Part shown: piece after piece, positions 36,493 through 49,677 of the stretch | How the letters are laid out: every line of letters begins with the position of its first letter | Numbering within the stretch: position 1 is the stretch's first letter | NCBI GenBank assembly: GCA_951406725.2 | Contig: OX597815.1 | Span: 4,836,001-4,900,000, forward strand | Direction: 5' to 3' | Length of the DNA stretch: 64,000 nucleotides | DNA from: Octopus vulgaris | Lineage: Eukaryota | The notes under the pieces: generated by a model | Told to the model about the DNA's origin: nothing | The model's database searches: none | The model's input: the letters and a program-made list of their open reading frames with translations, nothing else | Position numbers and translations under genes: made by a program

Positions 36493-38312
36493 CACCACCA
36501 ACAGAGGTGCCACCTCCTATGAGCAAAACAGGAATGCAAGGGAATAGAGAGAATGCAAACTATGCATGTCCAGGGCCAACTCCTTGCTTTCGGTCCCAAC
36601 AGACGACCAGGGCCCGACCTGCAGCAGGGCCTTTCGAGCATCAAGTTGATTAGGCCAGACACATCATGTCCTGTTTTCTTCTCTCATCTCATGTCATTGA
36701 TCTGTGTTGACAACAATGGACGAGCTAATAGTCCTTTCTATCATACAATGGGCACTCAAGGTGGGGACTAGTGAATTACTTTGACCCCAGTACTCAACTG
36801 GTACTTATTTTATCGACCCCAAAAGGACGAGAGGCAAAGTTGACCTCAGTGGAATTTGAACTCGGAATGTAAAGACAGACAAAGTACCACTTAGTATTTT
36901 TCCCAACATGCTAATCGTTCTGCCAGGTCACTGCCCTAATGATTGAACTGATAATAATAAGGAAAACCAGTTTTATCTACTGAAACCTTTTGATACTGGA
37001 GACCACCCTTGGTGTTCTGACATGAACTCCCTCTTTGATAGTCGTTTAAATCAAACTTTTCATTGAAATTTCAAATCAATTTATGTTCCAAACACCAGAT
37101 TAATAATAATAATAACCACCACCACCACCACCACTCATTGCCATTATGGTTGTGGCCATTGTTCTTGCTCACTGGAAACTCCACCGGTTACAAGAACGCA
37201 AAATGCTTAGCCAAATTTTGTCTGCCGTTACGTTCCCTAGTTCAAATTCCACCAAGGTCGACTTTGCCTTTCATCCTTTCGGGGTCGATAAATTAAGTAC
37301 CAGTTACGCACTGGGGTCGATGTAATCGACTTAATCTCTTTGTCTGTCCTTGTTTGTCCCCTCTGTGTTTAGCCCCTTATGGGCAATAAAGAAATAAGAA
37401 ATAAGAAACCCTTGAAGGTGCTGCCCCAGGATGGCCGCAGTCCAGTGAATGAACCGAGTAAAAGAAGAGAAGAGATAAAACAAAACCTGATTGGTGTCAT
37501 TGGTAATGGAGACATTCAGTGTTCGACATTGAAATAAAAGGCATTGTTGATAATGAAATAAGATAACGAGGGAAGATGTAAGAAAGACATTCTGGAAGTT
37601 ACTAACGAGGAGACAGAAAGAAAGAAAGAAAAAGAACGAAAGAAAGAAGGAGGAAGGCAATGAAAAGAGAAAGAAAGAGCAGGGGAGCAATTAGTGATAC
37701 AGAAATAAAAGAGAGTGTGTGTGTGTGTGTGTTTTTTAATGACAGTCTTGTTTTAAATTCTGTATTCATTGTGTGTGTGTGTATATATGAGTCTACGTAT
37801 ATATAACCCAATCTATATAAATTGCGATGACGTAATGTGCTTGTATGAGCTGAGATAGAGATGGAGTTCGTTTTAATCACCTCCCATCCTACAGAGGGAT
37901 GGGAATCGATTAAGAAGGCCATAGATGCACTTTTGACACCAGTTATATCTACACACACACACACACACTGTTAATTGGTTTAGTGATAGGAGAGGCATCT
38001 TGCCAAAGGAACCGAGCGCAAAAGGAAACTCGTGAATGAGATGTGACCATACACACATACGTTCTTTTATTCGCTTCAGTCATTTGACTGCGGCCATGCT
38101 GGAGCACTGCCTTTAGTTGACCAAATTGACCCCGGGACTAATTCTTTGTAAGCCTAGTACTTATTCTATCGGTTAACTTTTGCTGAACCACTAGGTTACG
38201 GCGATGTAAACAACACTCCAGCATTGGTTGCCAAACGATGTTGGGGGAACAAACACAGACACACAAAGATATACATACATATATATATAAATATATATAT
38301 ATGTATATATAT

Positions 38313-38620
38313 AACAATTGCAGCGTAGAAGGTGTTTGTAAGCCATTTAAGAAACACTCAAAACCGTTAGATTCACTTCAACACATAAATTTAATTTGCT
38401 AAAATATTTTTGTCGCTTTGAGACTGCGATCTATTCACTGACAAAAGGTCGCGGTCTCAAAGCGACGAAAATATTTTGACAAATTATATTTAAATGTTGA
38501 AGTGAATCTAACGTTTTTTGTGTGTTTCTTAAATGGCATATAAACACCTTCCACACTGCAATTGTTTTCGTTCCAGCACATGATCTCAGATCAAGTCACT
38601 CGCTCTGCAAGTACATCTCC

Positions 38621-38622
<2 letters not shown>
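38313..38622. mobile_element. Fold-back Penelope-like element (inverted arms 38313-38432 / 38446-38566); same family as 60802-61560
   Basis: Arms are reverse complementary and the tail ...GCAAGTACATCTCCATAAT is shared. Arms contain a G3:C8 hammerhead-like consensus. Confidence 0.75.
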
Positions 38623-38655
<33 letters not shown>

Positions 38656-38666
38656 TATATAGAAGG

Positions 38667-38717
38667 AGCTTCTACAGGACTAGTACTGTTTCATTCAAGA
38701 GAAATCTTCAGGAGGCT
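38667..38717 (-). ncRNA. Type I hammerhead-like motif at a repeat junction
   Basis: agccuc CUGAAGA uuuc ucuu gaau GAAA cag uacuaguc cug UA gaagcu. Stem III is 4 bp with a GUA triplet; stem I is 5/6; stem II is weak. Confidence 0.5.
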
Positions 38718-38926
38718 GCACCAGGCCAGTCAGATCTGGCAGTGTTTCTACAGCTGGATGCCCTTCCTACCACTCCGTGAGTGTAGTGGGTGCTTTTTAT
38801 GTGCCACCAACACAGGTGCCAGACGAGGCTGGCGAAAAGCCACGCTCGGATGGCGCTTTTTATGTGCCACCGGCACGGAGGCCAGGCAAGGCTGGCACGG
38901 CCACGATGGATGATGTTTGTTACGTG

Positions 38927-38990
<64 letters not shown>

Positions 38991-38991
38991 C

Positions 38992-39024
<33 letters not shown>

Positions 39025-39329
39025 CACGTAACAAACATCATCCAATCGTGGCCGTGCCAGCCTTGCCTGGCCTCCGTGCCGGTGGCACATAAAAAGCGCC
39101 ATCCGAGCGTGGCTTTTCGCCAGCCTCGTCTGGCACCTGTGTTGGTGGCACATAAAAAGCACCCACTACACTCACGGAGTGGTTGGTGTTAGGAAGGGCA
39201 TCCAGCTGTAGAAACACTGCCAGATCTGACTGGCCTGGTGCAGCCTCCTGGCTTCCCAGACCCCGGTCAAACTGTCCAACCCATGCTAGCATGGAAAGCG
39301 GACGTTAAACGATGATAATGATGATGATG
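38709..39329. mobile_element. RTE 3' end (+, 39040-39329) with a young inverted duplication (arms ~38709-38945 / ~39005-39249)
   Basis: The arms share private variants, including the non-family junction sequence ATGATGTTTGTTACGTG/CACGTAACAAACATCAT. Confidence 0.9.
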
Positions 39330-40522
39330 ACACACACACACATATCTATCTATCTATCTATCTATACACATGGATATATATATAAATATAGATATATCAT
39401 CATCACCCTTTCATGTTTGTTTTCCATGCCGGCATGAGGTGGACAGTTTGAGAGCTGGTAAAGCCAGGAACCACACCAGGCTCTGTTTGTCTGTTTTGGT
39501 ATGGTTCCTACAGATGGACGCCCTTCCTAAAACCAACAACTTTACAGTATGTGCTGGGTGTTTTCGACATGTCTTTGGCACAAGTCTTTCTTGTGGTGCC
39601 AACAGAAAACTCTTGCAGGCCAATCCTCTTCACCATGGCATCATACAGTGTTGTCCACAAAATTTTTTGTTGCATATCAATATATTATAATAATATTTTT
39701 AGTGTTTTTAATGATATTAATAGTTTTATTGAAGTTATGCTATCCAGTTTCTCTTGTAATTTCAATAAATTTTTCTGTTTGCCAAATGACTTTGTGGACA
39801 CCCTGTTCACCATCGTCATCGTCATTGTTGTCCATCAAACATCTGTTGTCCATGCCGGCACGGACTGGACGGTTTGACTGGGCTGGCATGCTAGAAGGCT
39901 GTACCAGGCACCATTCTGATTTGGCATCATTTTCTATGGCTGGATGCCCATTCCTAACACCAACCACTCCAAGAGTGTAACGGGTGCTTTTACGTGCCAC
40001 CTGCACGGGTGCCATTTGCGTGACACGGGTATCTGCCGTGATTGCAATTCTGCTTGGCTTGATGGGTCTTCTTCTCAAGCATGACATAATGCCAAAGGTC
40101 TTGGTCATTGCCTCCGTGAGGCCCAAGGAGGTAGAGTTTTGAGTAATTAATTATTCATTTCCACTCAAGCACCTGTCCTCCCCAACCTACCTTTCACATA
40201 CTGGTACCAGTAATACACTGGTACTAGTTGACTGGATCTGAAACTTTTGTGTCGATGTAAGCAATCAATATAGTAATTATTGAACACTGATGAATGGATC
40301 TTTGCTTAAGAAAACTATTTCCATTAATGTCAATTAAAAGACAAAAGCATCAACACAATGGAATGGAAATGCAGCCACACCTGTGTACAAGGACAAAGGC
40401 CTGATTAAAAGATTGTTGCTGTTGTGGCTGTTGTAATCATGTACAGGTATAATGTAATTTAATATTAGCTAGAGAATAAATATGAAGTACAGAGGGCCAG
40501 GTGTGGCTGTGGGGTAGAAACT

Positions 40523-41653
40523 TTGCTTCCCAACCACAGGGTTTTCAGTTCAGTCCCATTGCAGGGCATCTTGGGAGTGGATTTGCGAGAGAGAAACTGA
40601 AAGAAGCCCATCATATATGTGTGTGCTTGTGTATCATCGTATGCCCCCCCCCCCCACTGATTGACAACTGATGTTGGTGGTTTTATGACCTCATAACTTA
40701 GTGGTTCATCAAAAGATACTAATAGAATAAGTACCAGGCTTAAATAAAAAAAAAAAAAAAGTAAGTCCCAGGAGGTCAATTTGTTCAATTAAAATTCTTT
40801 AAGGTGATGTCCCACCATGGCCACATTCTTATGACTGAAACAAGGAAACAACACACACACACACACACACACCTTTAAATTGTTGTAATATCCCAAGTTA
40901 GCCCCTGATCATGTAGGCCTAAAGCATTCTAGCTATGACTATCTCCAGGTTCAATTCCACTGCATGGCACCTTGGGCAAATGTTGTCTTCTTCTATAGAC
41001 TCGGGCTGACCAAAGCCTTGTGAATGGATTTGCTTGACAGAAACTTTCATCCTTTGGTGGTTGATGAATTAAGTACCAGTTGTGCACTGGGGTCAATGTA
41101 ATGGTAGGGAGTGAGAATGTATGTGTATGTGTGTGAGTGTAAAAGGGTGTGTGTATTTGTTAGAAGAGAGAGTGTAGTTGTATGCTTTTGTTTTTTTTCT
41201 TTAACTTGTTTCAATCATTTGACTGTGGCCATGCTGCAGCACTGTCTTTAGTCAAATAAACTGACCCCATGACTTATTCTTTGTAAGCCTAGTACTTATC
41301 CTAACGAGGCTGTATTCTTTCACCACTCTTTCTTTCACTCTTCTGTTGGCCTGCTCGCTTAGCCAGCGGGGTGGCGTCATTCGAAGGCTAAAACAATGCG
41401 AATGCATTGTGACCAGCGATGTGTAACAACATCTGATGGTCTGGTCGGTCACGTGGTCACGTGATATATATATATATATATATGAAATTGAGAAAACAAT
41501 TAAAGAAACAAGAATAGAAATGGTACGGAACCAAAGAAAGAGTTTAAAAGTCAAGTGGAAGAGGAAGAACTGAATGACTGGGGTGGGTGGGTGGTTGGAG
41601 GAAGAGAAATGGGGTGGTGGTGAAGAACTGAGATGATGGTGGTGCCAGCAATT

Positions 41654-41712
<59 letters not shown>

Positions 41713-42341
41713 GTATTTGAGTTCAATGAAATAAAATCTTAATGATAAGACAGGAATCTCCTGACATCTGCATTAATTAGGGGAGCCAATTAGGGGGCCT
41801 GCATGTGGTACTCTGCTAGAAGTAGCAGACAAATTACCATCTGCTTAAAAGACCAGTCTTAAAAATAAAACAAGGAAATAATCAGTGTTGTTGTCCTCAA
41901 TACATTATATCTGAAAGAGAGAAAGGAGAGATAGTCATGGCTGGAATGCTTTAGGCCTACATGATCAGGGGCTAACTTGGGATATTACAACAATTTAAAG
42001 GTGTGTGTGTGGGTTGTTTCCTTGTTTCAGTCATAAGAATGTGGCCATGGTGGGACATCACCTTAAAGAATTTTAATTGAACAAATTGACCTCCTGGGAC
42101 TTACTTTTTGTTTTTTTTATTTAAGCCTGGTACTTATTCTATTAGTATCTTTTGATGAACCACTAAGTTATGAGGTCATAAAACCACCAACACCAGTTGT
42201 CAATCAGTGGGTGGGGGTGCATACAACGATACACAAGCACACACATATATGATGGGCTTCTTTCAGTTTCTCTCTCGCAAATCCACTCCCAAGATGCCCT
42301 GCAATGGGACTGAACTGAAAACCCTGTGGTTGGGAAGCAAA
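40523..42341. repeat. ~420-bp inverted duplication (40523-40946 vs ~41927-42341) with a ~1-kb spacer
   Basis: Near-identical reverse complements covering an old SINE-A copy and adjacent non-SINE sequence. Confidence 0.9.
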
Positions 42342-42374
42342 CTCCTTACCACAGCTACACCTATATATGGACTA

Positions 42375-42740
42375 GGCTATGAAAGTTACAGAGTTATAGA
42401 TCAATTGATTAGGAATAGAATTAAACTAGATGAGATGCAGTTTGGTTTTGTTTCTGGGAGGAGTACCACAGACGCCATCTTCCTAATGAGACAGTTGCAA
42501 GATAAGTATTTGGCCAAAAGTAAACCATTGTGCTTAGCTTTTGTCGACCCAGAGAAAGCTTTTGACTGGGTTTCCTGCTCTCTTATCTGGTGGTCTCTAA
42601 ATAGATGGTACCTGTGGAAGAGGGACACCCGGGATGAAGTGGTGAGGATTGATCTCAGGATGTTGGGGATTACAAAGGAAATGACAATGGACTGAGATGT
42701 CTGGTGATATGAGGTTCTACAGAAGATCTAACCATGTCAG
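42375..42740 (+). mobile_element. Internally deleted RTE ORF2 fragment
   Basis: RVIDQLIRNRIKLDEMQFGFVSGRSTTDAIFLMRQLQDKYLAKSKPLCLAFVDPEKAFD..., fused to the C-terminal DEVVRIDLRMLGITKEMTMD. Confidence 0.9.
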
Positions 42741-42966
42741 CAAAACTGGGTGCTATAAGTGCTGTGTCCCACCCACATGAAACAAGAAAATTTTCACAGA
42801 CCCAACCCCGAGAAACCAAACTTAGCAGTTCAGCAAAGAGACGGGCAGAATAAGTATTAGACTTAAAAAAACTAAGTCTTGAGGTTGAATTCTTTGACAA
42901 GGCGGTGCTCCAGTATGGTCACAGTCAACTGACTGAAACAAATAAAAGAATAAAAATATATATATA

Positions 42967-43350
42967 CTAGTAGTATCGCCTGGCATTGCTCGGGTTTGTT
43001 TTGACCCTTTAGAATTGGAATTTTTGAAAAGTAAACAGTTTGCATTATGTAGCTTGTTATTCTCTTTAAGGGAACATTTTTCTGGTTGAAATACACCGAA
43101 AAAAAGGCGACACAACAGTAAAAAAATCGTAAAAAATAGGGATTTTCATAGAAAAAAAGCACCATCATGATGTAAACAATTTCTGGTGTTAACATGGTCC
43201 GATTTGAATTTTTTCTTCTACGGAAGGAAAAGCAAGCCTTCTTCTATCATACTCTCAATTTTGGTCAACTTGAATCGCAGGGTCTCGGAGGAGATAGTAT
43301 TAGTTGAAGGCTACCAAACCTGCCACACACAAACAAGCTTTATATATATA
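42967..43350 (-). mobile_element. Non-autonomous Helitron
   Basis: + strand starts a|CTAG..GCCTGGCATTGCTCGGG (3' CTAG plus subterminal hairpin on the minus strand) and ends AGCTTTATATATATA. Confidence 0.7.
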
Positions 43351-43979
43351 TGTATATATATAAATGATGGACTTCTTTCAGTTTTCTCTTACCTAATCCA
43401 CTCACAAGGCTTCGGTTGGTTTGGGGTTGTAGAAAAAGACACAAGCCCAGGGTACCAAGCAGAGGGACTGAACCGAGAAACCGCATGGTTGGAAAGCATG
43501 CTTCATCACTCCACAGCCAAACCCATGCATTGCTGAGTAAAGAAAGACATTCACATTATCCAGTGTGTTGCTCCTTCTTGAAGACGGTACAACGTGACTC
43601 AAGCGTAATTTGGTTGCTATTTCTAGTACTCTGAGTAAACACCATAAAGACCCTCCCCGCCTCGTGGTTTCATAAACACTCCAAGCTGATCTATAATGCC
43701 AATGGTTAGAATCAATCTAATCAATATGTGTAGGTGTAAATATGCAGATATAAATGTTTACGTTGTGTACGTGTGTGTGTGTGTGTGTACGTGTGTGTGT
43801 GCGTGTGCGCGTACACACACACACACATGCACGCACACACACACACATACACACGAGTGCTGACATTTTCACCTTGTTCTTGGAATCTTGATAGCTTCTT
43901 CTGAAGTGTTTTATAGAGATTTTCAGTGAAACCAACAACTGTTACTAATTATAACCAAACTCGCTGCAAGTATACAGAA

Positions 43980-44488
<509 letters not shown>

Positions 44489-44689
44489 TTACTGGTATTT
44501 AGTTGATTATGATAAGGTGAAAGCCACTTCAAGAATCTGACGGTAGGAAGGTGCATCCATATGAAACCTAATGTGTCAGCATTTAGCATCAGATTGAAGG
44601 AAGGAAATGAAGTGAAAGCCATCGAATGGCTCTAAAGTAGAGGTTTATGTTTTTAGCGGGAATACCATTTTCTTTTATTCTTTTATACT

Positions 44690-45440
44690 TTTACTATTTC
44701 AGTCATTTGACTGCGGCCATGCTGGAGCACCGCATTTAGTCGAACAAATTGACCCCAGGACTTATTCTCTGTAAGTCTAGTACTTATTCAATCAGTCTCT
44801 TTTGCCAAACCGCCAGATTACGGGGACGTAAACACAATAACATCGGTGTCAAGTGATGGTGGGGGACAAACATAAACACACAAATATATACATACATACA
44901 TACGTATATACATATGTGTGTGTGTGCATATATATATATATACACACACATATATATATATACATACATATACATACATCATCATCATCATCATCATCAT
45001 CGTTTAACGTCCACTTTCCATGCTAGCATGGGTTGGACTATTTGACTGAGGTCAGGCAAACCAGACTCCAATCTGATCTGGCAGAGTTTCTACAGCTGGA
45101 TGCCCTTCCTAACGCCAACTACTCCGAGAGTGTAGTGGATGCTTTTATGTGCCACCGGCACTAGGGCCAGTCAAGCGGTACTGGCAACGGCCATGTCCAA
45201 ATGGTGCTTTTTACGTGCCACCTGCACAGGAGTCAGTCCAGTGGCACTGGCGATGACCTCGATACATACATACATATATATATATACGATGGGCTTCTTT
45301 CAGTTTCTGTCTACCATATCCATTCACAAAGTTTTGGTCGGCCTCAGGCTATAATATAAGACATTTGCCCAAGGTGCCATGCAGTGGGATTGAACCTGGA
45401 ACCATGTGGTTGGGAAGCAAGCTTCTTACTACACAGCCCC
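44690..45440 (-). mobile_element. SINE family A interrupted in its central microsatellite by an RTE 3' end (44978-45262)
   Basis: SINE halves flank (CAT)n-CGTTTAACGTCC..., with ATACATACAT on both sides. Confidence 0.85.
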
Positions 45441-45904
45441 TCTTGTATATGCAAGTCGAAAATCTCACCCGAGGCTTCCCTATAGGTAGGGCCTCTGTCT
45501 CTCTCACTGACAGTCTCTATCTTTCTCTCTCTCTCTTCCACTTTCCTTCTCTTCATTGCCCTACTGGGGTAGCTATACATCGCTTCAGTGCTAAGACAGA
45601 TAACCATGCCCTCCCCCTATCATACTCCAATCTCTAGCCTGGCACATGGCCCTTTATTTCACTTACACTCCCTCTCTCAGTTGAGACGAACTTGTCTCGC
45701 AAGCTACTTGGTGACCCGACAGGTGCTGGCACCACACAAGGAGTGCCCGTACTGACACCACATAAAATGCACCCTAAGAAGCACCCATGCTGGTACCATG
45801 TAAAAAGCACCTGTGTTGGCACCATGTAACAAGCACCCAGTTCACCATATAAAATGGTTGGCATTAAGAAGGGAACCTAGCCATAGAAATCATGCCGAAA
45901 TTAA

Positions 45905-46320
45905 GGTGGCGAGCTGGCAGAAACATTAGCATGCCAGGCAAAATGTTTTGTGGTATTTCGTCTGCCGATGTGTTCTTAGTTCAAATTGTGCTGAGGTTGA
46001 CTTTGCCTTTCATCCTTTCGGGGTCGATAAATTAAGTACCAGTTACGCACTGGGGTTGATGTAATCGACTTAATCCGTCTGTCTGTCTTTGTTTGTCCCC
46101 TCTTTGTTTAGCCCCTTGTGGGTAGTAAAGAAATAGGTATTTCGTCTGCTGTTACGTTCTGAGTTCAAATTCCGCTGAGGTCGACTTCGCCTTTCATCCT
46201 TTCGGTGTCGATAAATAAAGTACCAGTTATGCACTGAGGTCGCTGTAATCAACTTAATCCCTTTGTCTGTCTTTGTTTATCTCCTCTATGTTTAACCCCT
46301 TGTGGGTAGTAAAGAAATAA
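45905..46320 (+). mobile_element. SINE family B, dimeric
   Basis: Head GGTGGCGAGCTGGCAGAAAC plus two units. Confidence 0.85.
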
Positions 46321-47594
46321 GAAATCCTGCCAAAACAACCGACTACAGCTTGATGCAGTTCTCTCGTTTGCCAGCTCCTGTCAGACTCTCCAACCCAGGC
46401 CAGCCAGCAGGGTAAATGGATATCAAATGGTGATTACACACACACACACACATGATGATGATGATGTGTAGCAATAATTAATTAGCAATAATTAATAAGC
46501 AGTAGAACACCCATCACATGAGGTTTATGAACTACTCAGACAACTCACTAGTCATCGTTAAAACTTTCTGTCACGAAGGTGATCTGCTAATTAGTGCTGA
46601 CAATTGCATGGTTGCAGCCGAGGTTGGTTTTTGTCTTTTATTCTTCAAGAACCAATAAAACATGTACCACTCACGTACAAGGGTTAGTCTGCTTATGGGA
46701 TAGTTCTTGAAATGGGGTACATTTGCAACACCTGTAAATCATCATCATCATCATCATCATCGTTTAACGTCCGCTTTCCATGCTGGCATGGGTTGGACGA
46801 TTTGAACTGAGGGCTGGCGAACCAGATGGCTGCACCAGACTCCAATCTGATCTGGCAGAGTTTCTACAGCTGGATGCCCTTCCTAACGCTAACCACTCTG
46901 AGAGTGTAGTTGGTGCTTTTTCACGTGCCACCGGCATGGGGGCCAGTCAGGCGGTACTGGCAATGACCTCGCTTGAATCTTTTTACACATGCTGCTGTAG
47001 CGAACAGGCAAACTTGTTAGCATGGCAAGCAAAATGCTTAGAGGTATTTCGTCTGTCTTTACATTCTGAGTTCCAATTCTGCTGAGGTCACCTTTGTCTT
47101 TTATTCTTTCAGGGTTCATAAGATGAATACCAGTTGAGCACTGGGGTCACTGTAATTCACTTATCCCCCACCAAAACTCGAAACCGTCATTATTATTATT
47201 ATAATTATTATTCAGTGACAGAGACAGTGCATGCCATCAAAGTGACACTGGGGTAAAATATACAAAGCCCAGTATACCCATCATGACTACCCGTCTGATA
47301 AGGGTACACTAGGCACATGTATCACAACCATATGTGCACAACATGGTGATCTCATATCAAGATTAACAGCACATGACCTTGCATGTGGGGCCCAGTTAGA
47401 ATTTTTTTCAGGTCGAGTAGCCCAACCTGCTCAAAAGCTTCCTGAATAAGGTTTGTTTAAGGATGATGAACGACACACCCATGTTTCCAGACATTAATTA
47501 TCCAAACCCCAAAGATTCCCTCTTAACATTTGACTATGATGCTCCGCCACTAATTCAGCTCATGACCAGAGATGCACATATTGTCAGCCATTAA

Positions 47595-47807
47595 CCCTTT
47601 CATTACCAATCCAGCTGAAACCGGCTCTGGCTCTGTTGTACAAATGTCTTGTTTTCAAAAGTTCTGATATAAAATCTTCCACCAAGACCTTAGTCACAAT
47701 TTATGTTCCTAACACTAGCTGAAAGATATTTTATTAAATTCTTTGTTATATTTAAAGTAATTGAAAGAAACACAGAGCATCTCAACAGAAATACAGTGAC
47801 AAAAGGG
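47595..47807. mobile_element. piggyBac-type MITE (same family as 9353-9574)
   Basis: TTAA-CCCTTTC ... AAAAGGG-TTAA; internal sequence is collinear with the first copy. Confidence 0.85.
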
Positions 47808-48116
47808 TTAAGGGACATGCTGAACCGGTTATGGTCAAGCAATTGACAAGCAAGTCTGTGGTATTGAGCGCAAATTTTGCTGTAGCCAGTCTTTTACAAC
47901 AAGACTTATTGTTATTGTTATTATTGTTGGTGAGAAGAATAAGAATGAGTTTATTGTATACAGTGCTCACAAGTACAACTTGCAGGAAAAGTTCAAAAAA
48001 AGAGACAGAGCAAACTTATAAGTTGAGTAAAGAAAGACTTCAACGAAAGATAAAAGTGTCTGAAGAGAAGAGAGAATGAAGCAGAAAAAGAGAGAAAAAT
48101 GAAGAGCAAACGAGAA

Positions 48117-48862
48117 GAGTGGCTGTGTGCTAAGTAGCTTGCTTACGAACCAAATGGTTGAACAAGGGCATCTAGCACCCCCACTGCGTGGCACCTTGGG
48201 CAAGTATCTTCTACTGCAGATGTCGTTCGCTGGGCTGACCAAAGCCTTGTGAGTGGATTTGGTAGATGGAAACTGAAAAGAAGCCTGTTGTATTTATGAA
48301 TATATACATACATATATATATATATATCATCATCGTTTAGCACGGGTTGGACGGTTCGACCGGGGTCTGGGAAGCCAGGAGGCTGCACCTGGCTCCAGTC
48401 TGATCTGGCAGAGTTTCTACAGCTGGATGCCCTTCCTAACACCAACCACTCCAAGAGTGTAGTGGGTGCTTTTTACGTGCCATCTGCACAGGTGCCAGGG
48501 GGGTGGTCCGGCATCGGCCACGATCGGTTGGAGCTTTTAACGTGCCAGCGGCACGGAAGCCAGCCAAGGCGGCGCTGGCAACGTTCGGATGGTGCTTTTT
48601 ATGTGCCACCGGCACAGAAGCCAGTCGGGGCGGCGCTGGCATTGGCTGTATGTATGTATGTGTGTGTGTGTATATGTTTGTGTCTGTGTTTGTCCCACTA
48701 ACATCGCTTGTGTTTATGTCCCCGTAACTTAGCGGTTCAGCAAAAGAGACCAATAGAATAAGTACTAGGCTTCCAAAGAATAAGTCACGGGTTTCGATTT
48801 GCTCGACTAAAGGCGGTGCTCCAGCATGGCCACAGTCAAATGACTGAAACAACTAAAAGAGT
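48117..48862 (+). mobile_element. SINE family A interrupted by an antisense RTE 3' end (48327-48645)
   Basis: Insertion lies in the central TA microsatellite. Confidence 0.85.
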
Positions 48863-49377
48863 GAGAGATGGAGAAGAAGAGGTGCTTGGACATGTTAAGA
48901 GAAGTGTGGACGAATTTTAGAGGAAACAGAGAATTCTTGAAAGATCCAGCTAACGACTGATGGGGGTTCGTTTTATTCTTTGGAGACTAATTTTCTGTGA
49001 TTTTGTTAGGTTTTTGTTGTTTTTTTTTATCTTTTCCTTAATTTTTGTTTTTTGCATATTTTTGTTGCTTTCGGCAAAGAAAAGCATTTCTAGTAGATTC
49101 TATTGTACAAGGGATGCAACTGCTGTCGGTTGTATGTTGCACAAGCGCCGAGATTTCTGCATGGACGGCAGATGTGCAAGACGTGCAGTGAATAAAGAGA
49201 TCCTGCAGGTAGGTCATGGTCGGCTGTTGCGGCCTTTCTTTTCGTTTTTATTTTGTCGAAATATTGAAGAGGAAATAAATGCATGTTGTTGTTGTTGTTG
49301 AGGATAATGCAAAAGAAATTAGATGATGATGATGGAGCTGAAGAAAAATGAATGAGAAAGAAAAAGAGGAAAGAGAT

Positions 49378-49428
<51 letters not shown>

Positions 49429-49677
49429 ATATGAGAGAAGGGGAAGATTATTGGCAATCAAAGTGTTTACATTGTCTGTGAGTGTGAGAGAAACAAACAG
49501 CCCCATCCTGTTCTGTTGGATGCTAAAAACATCTTTAGGTTATTAAACAAGAATATTCTTCTATTAAAAACAAAAGATAAAATGTCTTTCTTTAGAATTT
49601 CATCTTGCCACCCACCCACCACCAGCCTCCATGGTGCTGCTGCAGGTTCCAAGGTGCATTAACATTAGTTAAATTCC

